From contig CAJUNG010000003.1 of the NCBI GenBank assembly GCA_910587725.1, positions 1-62,283 of the forward strand: a stretch of DNA of 62,283 nucleotides, given 5' to 3'. The first letter of the stretch is position 1; every line of letters starts with the position of its first letter. Below, piece after piece: positions 54,959 to 62,283 of the stretch. The notes beneath the pieces were generated by a model. The model was not told the origin of the DNA. It made no database searches and saw nothing but the letters and a program-made list of their open reading frames with translations. The translations under genes and the position numbers were made by a program. Source of the DNA: an uncultured Bacilli bacterium (GTDB lineage Bacteria; Bacillota_I; Bacilli_A; RF39; UBA660).

Positions 54959-55384
54959 TTAAACAAGTACTTTAATGTCATTTAAAAAGAAATAATCCTG
55001 ATTTTTGAAATCACATACGAAGAAAGCATCATGATAATCTAATAAAATATTAAAAAAAGAAGAATAGCTATGATTGGTTGTTAATAACATATAGGAATGT
55101 TTAATATTTAAAATACTCACCTCATCTTTATACAGATTATTAATGATATGTTCTGTTTTTGTTTTAGTATAAATCATTTCATGATGATATTTCAAATATA
55201 GTTTTTGGTCAATCCTCTCTTTTTCAATTTTATCCGTTAGTGAAGAAAATACTTGAAACGCATAATCGATTTCACATTTATTTAATGTATAAATTTGTTT
55301 TAACATTTCATATAAGCTGCTAGGTCGTTCATGATAAAGTTTCATAAACTCCTGTCTTACACTAAAAATATAGTAGCTCCGCAA
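54959..55384 (-). CDS. SirA/YneE (DUF2522)-like protein (sporulation inhibitor of replication family)
   Basis: Sits between tkt and yneF, as sirA does in B. subtilis. From TTG 55384 the N-terminus MRSYYIFSVRQEF parallels MERHYYTYLIKEEF. The C-terminal FFVCDFKNQDYFFLNDIK parallels FLAMDFNSKRYGWLNPVK. Confidence 0.55.
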   Translation of the reverse strand: MRSYYIFSVRQEFMKLYHERPSSLYEMLKQIYTLNKCEIDYAFQVFSSLTDKIEKERIDQKLYLKYHHEMIYTKTKTEHIINNLYKDEVSILNIKHSYMLLTTNHSYSSFFNILLDYHDAFFVCDFKNQDYFFLNDIKVLV

Positions 55385-55480
55385 AAAAATCATCCCCTAT
55401 TCTTTTTACTTTTCTAGTATAAAAAAAAGAGAGGAAAAATTTTGTCGAAAAAAAAGAAAAACCGTTAAAATTTTTCTTTC

Positions 55481-57448
55481 TTAAAGTTCTATTTTTTTCT
55501 CTAAAGTATCGATATCTAGCCCCATTTTCTTTAATACGTCTTCACTGGATGCGGAAAAACCAAACTGTGTAGTCGATAATAATTGGTCCCCTTCTCTTAA
55601 CAAAGGATAATAGCTATAAGCAGTCGATGATTCTAGGACGATACGTTTTCCCTTATCTGGTAATATTTCTTTCCTATATTTTTCTTCTTGTGAAAGAAAT
55701 CTAGAAATGGATGGCATACTCACAACACGAACGAATACTCCTCTAGCAAGAAAGCGTTTTTGTAATTCTATCGCCGTTTGTAAGTCATCCCCAGAAGAAA
55801 TCAAAATTCCTTGTAAATTACCAGATTCCCGACAAGCGATGTATCCACCCTTCATCACTTCACTAATTCCACTTTCTGGAAGTGAAGAAACTTTCGTTTT
55901 CGCAAGAGAAATGATACTGACTCCTTCGTTTTTAGCAAAAATTGCCTTATAAGTTCCAATGACTTCGTTCATATCTCCTGGGCGAAAAACTTCAACACCA
56001 GGAATCAAGCGAAGACTATCTAATTGCTCAATCGGTTCATGCGTTGGACCATCTTCACCAACACGGAGGGAATCATGAGTAAAAATATAAGTAACGGGAA
56101 GCTTCATCATTGCTGAAAGTCGAATTGCTGGTTTCATATAATCAGAAAAACTTAAGAATGTCGATACATAAGGACGAAGTCCCACTAAGCACATTCCATT
56201 GATTATCGCAGCAGCAGCATGTTCGCGGACACCAAACCAAATATTTTTCCCACTTCGATTTTTAGAAGAAAAATCCCCTTCTCCTTCCTGATAAGTTTTA
56301 CAAGAAGAGAATAAATCACAACTTCCCCCAATACACAAATCATCATGAATCGAAGAAATCACATCAGAAGAGAAATCTCTTAAAGCACGAGATTCGGCAT
56401 TTTCTTGTTCTAAGTGAATATTTTTTAAGGAAATGGTATAATTGTGTTCTAAAAGACGCGTAAGAAGTTCTTTATTATCGCTCTTTTCAATTCGCTTTTT
56501 ATATCGCTCATATCCTTTCATTGTCCGAGAAGTAATCTGATTAGCAAAATATTCCATCGCTTCATTAGAAACCGTAAACGGAATTTCACGAACACCCAGT
56601 TTATTTTTTATCGAAATCACATCTTCCTCTTCTAAAACTTTTCCATGAGCAAGATTAGTCCCTTCTAGCTTAGAAAATTTCCCAAGTGTCGTCTTAATCG
56701 AAATAAAGGCAGGTTTATCACTATTTTTTGCACTTTCAATCGCTTTATCAATTGCAAGAATGTCCTCTCCATCTTCTACTTCAAACGTTTCAAAACCAAA
56801 AGAGGTCATTCTTTTTAAAATATCTTCGGAAAAAGTAATACTCGCTTGGTTATCTAAAGTTACTCCATTATTATCGTAAAGAACAATTAACTTTTGAAGA
56901 CGCAAAGTTCCTGCTAAGCTTAATGCTTCATAAGAGACACCTTCCATTAAGTCCCCTTCTCCAACAAGAACATAGGTATAAAAATCAACTGGTGGTTCTT
57001 TTTTTGCCTTTAACGTTGAGCGTAAATATTCCTCTCCAAGGGCCATTCCAACCGCCATACCAACACCTTGTCCTAAAGGACCAGTAGAAGCATCCACTCC
57101 TGGGGTAAGACCAAACTCAGGATGTCCTGGCGTAATGGATAAAAGTTGACGAAAACTTTTCATATCATCCAAAGTAAGGGGATATCCTGCCATGAAAAGA
57201 GTTGCATAAAGAAGTGCAGAACCATGCCCTGCTGACATGACAAAACGGTCTCTATTTATCCAATTCGAACAGGTTGGATTAACTTTCATATGTCTACTAT
57301 AAAGCGTATATAAAATTGGTGCTGCACCAAGTACAATTCCTGGATGACCACTTCCTGCATGTTGAATCATATCAAGTCCTAATGCTCGAATCTGAGCAAT
57401 TACCTTTTCATCCATTTCTAACGTATTTTCTTTAGGTTTAAAAATCAT
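55481..57448 (-). CDS. tkt: Transketolase
   Basis: GSGHPG, TPP-binding GEGDLMEG..N and the transketolase pyrimidine-binding and C-terminal domains. RBS GAGGAGGAG is present. Confidence 0.95.
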   Translation of the reverse strand: MIFKPKENTLEMDEKVIAQIRALGLDMIQHAGSGHPGIVLGAAPILYTLYSRHMKVNPTCSNWINRDRFVMSAGHGSALLYATLFMAGYPLTLDDMKSFRQLLSITPGHPEFGLTPGVDASTGPLGQGVGMAVGMALGEEYLRSTLKAKKEPPVDFYTYVLVGEGDLMEGVSYEALSLAGTLRLQKLIVLYDNNGVTLDNQASITFSEDILKRMTSFGFETFEVEDGEDILAIDKAIESAKNSDKPAFISIKTTLGKFSKLEGTNLAHGKVLEEEDVISIKNKLGVREIPFTVSNEAMEYFANQITSRTMKGYERYKKRIEKSDNKELLTRLLEHNYTISLKNIHLEQENAESRALRDFSSDVISSIHDDLCIGGSCDLFSSCKTYQEGEGDFSSKNRSGKNIWFGVREHAAAAIINGMCLVGLRPYVSTFLSFSDYMKPAIRLSAMMKLPVTYIFTHDSLRVGEDGPTHEPIEQLDSLRLIPGVEVFRPGDMNEVIGTYKAIFAKNEGVSIISLAKTKVSSLPESGISEVMKGGYIACRESGNLQGILISSGDDLQTAIELQKRFLARGVFVRVVSMPSISRFLSQEEKYRKEILPDKGKRIVLESSTAYSYYPLLREGDQLLSTTQFGFSASSEDVLKKMGLDIDTLEKKIEL

Positions 57449-57487
57449 ATTTAACTCCTCCTCGCTTATTCAAAAAAAGATGAGAAA

Positions 57488-58720
57488 TTACTCATCTAAA
57501 AATAAATCATCGAATTCCTCTAAAACATTTCTACTAATCACTGACTCTGATGGTTTTAATTCTGATTGTGGTTCAATTTCAAAGTCAATATCTTCTTCTC
57601 TAGTGACAGGTTCAAGTTCAATCGTATCTTCCAATTCATCCATCTGAGGGATTTCTCTCACAGGAATTTCACTCATAGGACTTTCTTCAGGAATCGCTTT
57701 TGCTTGCAGATGTTCTTGTTCCATCTCTTTGGTAATTACCGGCATAAGCCCAGTTAATTCTTCTTCGATTTTCTGCTGTTTCTTCTTTAATTTCTCAATT
57801 CTTTTTTGTTTACTCTTTTCGCTTCTCTCTTTTGTTTTCACATAGAAATAAATTCCAACAATTCCGATAGTTAAAAGAATGATACAAACGACAACAACCA
57901 AAATATAAGTAAGCGTATTTCCTTTACCTGGATTATTATCAGGAACAGGGGTTACTACATCAGATTTCTCCACTTCATCTACAGAAGAGACAATAGAACC
58001 AGGTTCATCTTCTTCATTCAACTCATCTTCAGTTCCACGAGTCACAATAATTCGATATTCTTGACTTTCTCCTGCCGAGTTTTTTACAAGAACACGAATC
58101 GTATTTTTTCCTACACTTAAATTCGTACTTCCACTCACTGTTGCCGTAGCACTTTCATCTTCTACTTCGGGACGAATCGTCACTGCTTCTACATTATAAG
58201 TAACATCAACGGTATAATTGTAAGTTGTACTTTTAAATGGTTCATTTAATGTAGCTCCAACTACCGTTAAAGATTTCAAATTTAAGTTTGTTGTTGCTCG
58301 AATAATCTTAATTGTATAAGTATTCGTTTTTCCAGAAGCTGTTTTTACATTCACTTTAAATACGTTTTCTCCATCTTGCAAGTTCTTAAATCCAAGGTCC
58401 CCTTCATTAATTGTATCTGTATCTACCTCGGTTGTTGCTGAAATATTAACGCTTGTCGTACTGCTTGTTACAGTTGCCGTATATTCGTTTACCGCTTTGC
58501 TAAAATTTTGGTTAAACCGAACTCCCGCAACAGATAAACTTTTTAAGTATCCATCACTTGTCGGTGCTGTAGGTGAAGATGGCGTCGGTGTTGGCGTCGT
58601 TGGTGTTTCTGTAGATGGGTCTCCTGTTGGATTTGGAGTTGGTTCTGCATAAGTCATAACTGGTTGTAAAAGTAGTGCACTAACCGCAAAAAAGAAAAAC
58701 AATTTATTTCTAAGTTTCAT
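57488..58720 (-). CDS. Membrane-anchored surface protein with two cadherin-like beta-sandwich domains and an acidic cytoplasmic tail
   Basis: Sec signal, a PT-rich stretch and two copies of L(K)SL.V.G..LN..F....Y.YT..V (GYLKSLSVAGVRFNQNFSKAVNEYTATV / LKSLTVVGATLNEPFKSTTYNYTVDV). A TM helix and a K-rich then D/E-rich tail follow. ATG 58720 preferred. Confidence 0.75.
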   Translation of the reverse strand: MKLRNKLFFFFAVSALLLQPVMTYAEPTPNPTGDPSTETPTTPTPTPSSPTAPTSDGYLKSLSVAGVRFNQNFSKAVNEYTATVTSSTTSVNISATTEVDTDTINEGDLGFKNLQDGENVFKVNVKTASGKTNTYTIKIIRATTNLNLKSLTVVGATLNEPFKSTTYNYTVDVTYNVEAVTIRPEVEDESATATVSGSTNLSVGKNTIRVLVKNSAGESQEYRIIVTRGTEDELNEEDEPGSIVSSVDEVEKSDVVTPVPDNNPGKGNTLTYILVVVVCIILLTIGIVGIYFYVKTKERSEKSKQKRIEKLKKKQQKIEEELTGLMPVITKEMEQEHLQAKAIPEESPMSEIPVREIPQMDELEDTIELEPVTREEDIDFEIEPQSELKPSESVISRNVLEEFDDLFLDE

Positions 58721-58993
58721 ATAATTCAACTTCCTTTACTTTATAATATGATAGTATTATAGCATAGGATGAAAAAAAAAGAAAGCATTTCTTAATTTTT
58801 CATTCATCTCTAGGAGATTTCCAATAAAGGAAACTTAGGATTGCACCAAAATTCACATTGAATCTAAAAGATATACATAGTATTGATTTAGTAACAAATC
58901 TAAAAATATGATTATAAGGATTCAGTTGTACTAGCTATAGAAAGTTTCTTAACTGTAAAAATACTTGCCAATCTTTAAATTAGAGACAAAAAT

Positions 58994-59293
58994 TTAATAC
59001 TTTTTCACTAGTTTAGAAATCAAGGCTCTACAAGTATTCATTTGAATACAAGCATAAAAATTATTGGTGACTTCTTTCCCCTTGCCTATAGTGGTCGCTT
59101 GATTCGCGTCTTCTTCGGTTTCCCAAAGAACAAAATCAGTCCATATATCTCCTTCTAAGTAATGTTCCCAAGAAATGAATCCTTTAGCTTTAGAAATAAT
59201 TTCATCATGTAGTTTTTTCGTTAATTCTATAAACTGTTCTTCACTTACTCCTCTTTTTAATTTATAAGAAAATATCCAGGCCGTTTTATTCAT
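58994..59293 (-). CDS. Hypothetical small protein (possible dimeric alpha+beta-barrel/ABM-like)
   Basis: 99-aa ORF with RBS GAGGAGGA 6 nt before the ATG. Confidence 0.6.
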   Translation of the reverse strand: MNKTAWIFSYKLKRGVSEEQFIELTKKLHDEIISKAKGFISWEHYLEGDIWTDFVLWETEEDANQATTIGKGKEVTNNFYACIQMNTCRALISKLVKKY

Positions 59294-59379
59294 TATAATT
59301 CCTCCTCATATTCTATGATTATAACATGAAAAAAGCAAATCTTCTATATCATTGATTCGCTTTATCTAAGATAAGGTGA

Positions 59380-59481
59380 TTATTTTTTCTCTTCTTTATT
59401 TTTTTTACTCCACCAAGTACCAGCTAGTGAACAACTTCCACCCATACATATAAATATTATCATAATTATCCAAAATTCCAT
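59380..59481 (-). CDS. Candidate 33-aa membrane peptide (not in the ORF track)
   Basis: RBS GGAGGT 5 nt before ATG 59481. It encodes MEFWIIMIIFICMGGSCSLAGTWWSKKNKEEKK and lies 20 nt downstream of the XRE-family gene. Confidence 0.4.
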   Translation of the reverse strand: MEFWIIMIIFICMGGSCSLAGTWWSKKNKEEKK

Positions 59482-59501
59482 AATTTACCTCCAAATTTTT
59501 T

Positions 59502-60083
59502 TTAAATGTGATGAATCATAAATATTATAATTAAATTAATAATAAGTGCTATGATTCCCATCAAGAATGCAAATAAAATTTTTTGATACATTCTTTTTCC
59601 TTTTTCCTGTTGTGTTTCTTCATAGGTTAATTGCTTTCCATCAAGAAACGAAATAATTTCTTTGTAGGTCTGAATATCATTATTTTTCTTAAATTTTTCA
59701 ATAAATGTTGCCGTTCCAAATGTTATTAGATAAAATAATAACCAAATAAGAACCCCAATACGACCATAAAATTTGCTTAATGGATAAGCACTAATTGTTA
59801 CGATGAGTAATTCTATAAAAAATATACAACTCATCACGTTAAATTCTTTAATTTTTTCCTTATCAATTATTTTTCTCATCTCCTCCACATCTTCTTTTAC
59901 AAAATCATCTAGAGATACATTAAAGAGATTGCTTAACATCACTAAGCTTTTAATATCAGGATAACTTTTATTCGTTTCCCAATTTGAAATAGTCTGTCTT
60001 GAGACAAAGATTTTTAATGCTAGTTCATCTTGGGAAATATTTTGATGCTCCCTATATTTTTTGATTCGTGTTCCAATATCCAT
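59502..60083 (-). CDS. XRE-family HTH transcriptional regulator with C-terminal transmembrane helices
   Basis: HTH_3 motif ISQDELALKIFVSRQTISNWETNKSYPDIKSLVMLSNLFNVSLDDF followed by 3 hydrophobic helices. RBS GGAGGTG is present. Confidence 0.85.
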   Translation of the reverse strand: MDIGTRIKKYREHQNISQDELALKIFVSRQTISNWETNKSYPDIKSLVMLSNLFNVSLDDFVKEDVEEMRKIIDKEKIKEFNVMSCIFFIELLIVTISAYPLSKFYGRIGVLIWLLFYLITFGTATFIEKFKKNNDIQTYKEIISFLDGKQLTYEETQQEKGKRMYQKILFAFLMGIIALIINLIIIFMIHHI

Positions 60084-60213
60084 TTTGCACCTCCAATGTC
60101 ATTTTATAAAAAAAGTGAATATTCTGTCTGCCAAAAGTTTTTGACATCCATGATTTTAACGCTAATACTAACGCATAAGTACTCAATTGTTATCCACTAG
60201 TTTATCTTCTTTT

Positions 60214-60627
60214 TTATTTCTGGGATAAATTATCATCTATATTCTCTCTATTTGGTTTTCTCTTTATAAACAACAATTTCTTCAAATCTTCAATTATTGA
60301 ATAATCCACTATATTAAACATAACCCATTTCCCATCATGAAAAGTTTCAGCAGCATCATAAGATGTCAATACATCAGACGAAAGAGCACTTCTTATTTCC
60401 TCAACCTTAGCTCGTTCATTTTTACCAAAGATAATCATAAAGCCTAAAGTGTGACTGTTGAAATAAAATGCGCATAAAGTTTTCCCACCTTTTCTAAACT
60501 TATATTCATACTTCCATTTTTTACCACCGTTATTCCATATCTGTTCCATATCATAAATTTTTGTTATTTCTATACTAACACAAAAAAATAAACCGAACTT
60601 TTTTGGGGATTCGGATAAAAATCCCAT
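60214..60627 (-). CDS. DUF3788-like protein, possibly 5'-truncated or a remnant
   Basis: The C-terminal about 110 aa (WKYEYKFRKGGKTLCAFYF...GKWVMFNIVD..IEDLKKLLFIKRK) fit the DUF3788 pattern. The N-terminal about 25 aa are atypical, and neither ATG 60627 nor ATG 60549 has an RBS. Confidence 0.45.
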   Translation of the reverse strand: MGFLSESPKKFGLFFCVSIEITKIYDMEQIWNNGGKKWKYEYKFRKGGKTLCAFYFNSHTLGFMIIFGKNERAKVEEIRSALSSDVLTSYDAAETFHDGKWVMFNIVDYSIIEDLKKLLFIKRKPNRENIDDNLSQK

Positions 60628-60656
60628 GGTGCCCTGGAAAGACGTTCAACAACTTT

Positions 60657-61364
60657 TTAAGAATATACATTTCTTATTCCAAGCCTCTTGTATGTATAAT
60701 ATTTTTCTAACACATTTCCTACAACAGTAATATTAGTTTCTTGATATGTTTCTAAACAATCAGGATATTCTGAATCTATAAGTTTCAATTCTCCGTTTTT
60801 TTGTATTTGCAAAATAAACTTATTTGCAGGATCTATAATATGCCTATCTTTTAATAATATTACTTGATGATTGGCTTTATCAATTGCAGGATTTACCTTA
60901 CGCCAAACTCCTGTATTATTATCTACATAAATATATAATAAAGATGGATTATAATTAAACATGCATAATAAGTTATAGTAAAATTCAGTGGCATGTCTAC
61001 AGCAACAAATCCCATACATAATCTGTACCCCTTGACTTATTTCTGAAGGTAATCCTAAGTAGTCATAATTATTATCAAAATTAATTGTTCCATTCATACT
61101 AAAGAGGCCACTATGCAACATCTTAAAAAATATTTTAGAATATGATATTCCATCTTTTGCATCATAGTGTTTCAGATAGTATTTAAGATTAAGTAATATT
61201 ATTTTATAAGCATTTTTAACTATTTTTTTATCAGTTTCAGTAAAATTCAAGTTCCCACATCCCGAATAAAATATATAATTATTAATCACATTTATATTGT
61301 TGATGTCAATGTACAAGTGTGTTTTTACTAAATTGACAAACATCAAATTAATTTCTATAAACAT
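60657..61364 (-). CDS. Hypothetical protein (possible Cys-His-Asp papain/transglutaminase-like fold)
   Basis: 235-aa ORF with no clear RBS. The spaced CCCRHATEF ... ANHQVILL ... IIDPAN hints at a C/H/D triad, which is speculative. Confidence 0.45.
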   Translation of the reverse strand: MFIEINLMFVNLVKTHLYIDINNINVINNYIFYSGCGNLNFTETDKKIVKNAYKIILLNLKYYLKHYDAKDGISYSKIFFKMLHSGLFSMNGTINFDNNYDYLGLPSEISQGVQIMYGICCCRHATEFYYNLLCMFNYNPSLLYIYVDNNTGVWRKVNPAIDKANHQVILLKDRHIIDPANKFILQIQKNGELKLIDSEYPDCLETYQETNITVVGNVLEKYYTYKRLGIRNVYS

Positions 61365-61388
61365 TATACACTAATTTTTGGCATATTA

Positions 61389-61425
61389 AAACTCGAACCT
61401 TAATAATTTCAAAAAGTTCGAGTTT
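61389..61425 (-). terminator. Candidate terminator hairpin downstream of the NUDIX gene
   Basis: AAACTCGAAC (61389..61398) pairs with GTTCGAGTTT (61416..61425). The minus-strand trailing sequence is TTTTAATAT. Confidence 0.4.
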
Positions 61426-61556
61426 GGTATCAATCTGGTGCCATTGTCGTAGGTATCTACAACTTTTTACCACAACGATTGATATAAGAATCAATACTAG
61501 ATACATTTTACCAAGAAATTAAAAAAGTAGCAATATCATTTTGCCACTTAATAAAT

Positions 61557-62117
61557 TTATCTTCCTTTACTATGATTAGTTTCTTTCACATTCGTAAAAT
61601 AGTCATAAAGAGCTGAATACATAATATCTCTTTCTACAACTTGTCTATTAGAAACCATTTTGCTTAATGAATTTATATCTACAAATGCTACTTGTTCTAC
61701 TTCACTTTCCTGAATAGTAATATCAGACATTGTTAAACCATTTTTTCTCAATATATAAAAGTCATAAATTTGATTTTCTATAAAATCTGGTCTAATTACT
61801 CTTTGATCTTTGTATGTTTTTATAAGTTGAAGTTCATCACATTGGGAATCCACATTTACCTCTTCTTTTATTTCTCTTTGAGTAGCAGATAAAGAATCTT
61901 GACCAGCTGAAATATGACCTGCAACAGATATATCCCACATACCAGCATTTTTCTCTTTATTGAATGACCTTTGTTGTAATAATATCTCACTTTTTTCATT
62001 TATTATTGCACACACAATAGCTCTATGCCATAATCCTTTTTTATGAACTTCGTTTCTAGGTAAAGATTCACCTGTTTTTCTTCCTGTGTCATCCAAAATA
62101 TCAAGTAATTCTTCCAT
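61557..62117 (-). CDS. NUDIX hydrolase (IDI/Nudix-like)
   Basis: Nudix box GHISAGQDSLSATQREIKEEVNV (GX5EX7REUXEEXGU pattern). ATG 62117 lies 8 nt after AGAGGTGA (track start GTG 62129). Confidence 0.85.
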   Translation of the reverse strand: MEELLDILDDTGRKTGESLPRNEVHKKGLWHRAIVCAIINEKSEILLQQRSFNKEKNAGMWDISVAGHISAGQDSLSATQREIKEEVNVDSQCDELQLIKTYKDQRVIRPDFIENQIYDFYILRKNGLTMSDITIQESEVEQVAFVDINSLSKMVSNRQVVERDIMYSALYDYFTNVKETNHSKGR

Positions 62118-62283
62118 TTTTATAATCACCTCTTTTTGCTTTGAAAATAAATTGTCTAAGCAAATTATAGCATAAAAACAATATTTTTTCTATATTTCTC
62201 GTTCAAAATCATCCTTACCTTTATCATCAAGTTAATTGCAAAAGTAAATGCAACCCTAAAAAATATATGGAGTTGCATTTAGT

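Noticed and set aside
1-62283. A window-wide look for CRISPR arrays, tRNA/rRNA genes, IS elements, integrases and prophage or defence-system gene sets.
   Set aside because: I saw no regularly spaced direct repeats, no tRNA-like or rRNA-like conserved blocks, and no transposase, integrase or recognisable defence-protein motifs. The large intergenic regions are explained by promoters, leaders, terminators or the decayed duplicate at 28200..28600.

Overview
This is a visibly AT-rich, low-GC Bacillota (Firmicutes) chromosomal segment. It carries about 55 protein genes, nearly all on the minus strand, with strong GGAGG-type RBSs and frequent GTG/TTG starts. The backbone is housekeeping: an ABC exporter pair, a cyclophilin lipoprotein, asnS behind an Asn (AAC) T-box leader, tmk, hemW, lepA, lexA, tcdA, ftsK/spoIIIE, a SEDS protein, priA, ddl-murF, murC, rmuC, PMM/PGM and tkt. 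Two CotY/CotZ-family coat proteins, a SirA/YneE-like gene and a SpoIIID-like HTH gene suggest a spore former, possibly Erysipelotrichia- or Clostridia-like (inference). I saw no rRNA, tRNA, CRISPR array, transposase or integrase. The stand-out is a six-gene SipW/TasA(BsaA)-class fibre locus at 34195..42188. It has two ER/archaeal-type signal peptidases, each fused to a predicted cytoplasmic coiled-coil tail of about 185-190 aa (one with heptad-periodic tyrosines), and at least three proteins with SipW-cognate-like N-termini. Two more proteins with TasA-like N-termini flank ftsK (21210..27236). One of them carries an ALK/LTK-like glycine-rich domain and sits behind a perfect -35/-10 promoter whose spacer holds an 11-nt poly-G tract, so it is probably phase-variable. 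A third surface protein (138..2738) is a giant modular type IV pilin-like protein with the same glycine-rich domain plus a 22-Cys insert. Smaller observations are a sortase B and NPSTG substrate pair, a membrane-anchored MurF, a duplicated promoter/leader module with a 5-codon uORF, a 170-nt out-of-frame overlap within the ABC pair, and a structured about 200-nt region upstream of tcdA.
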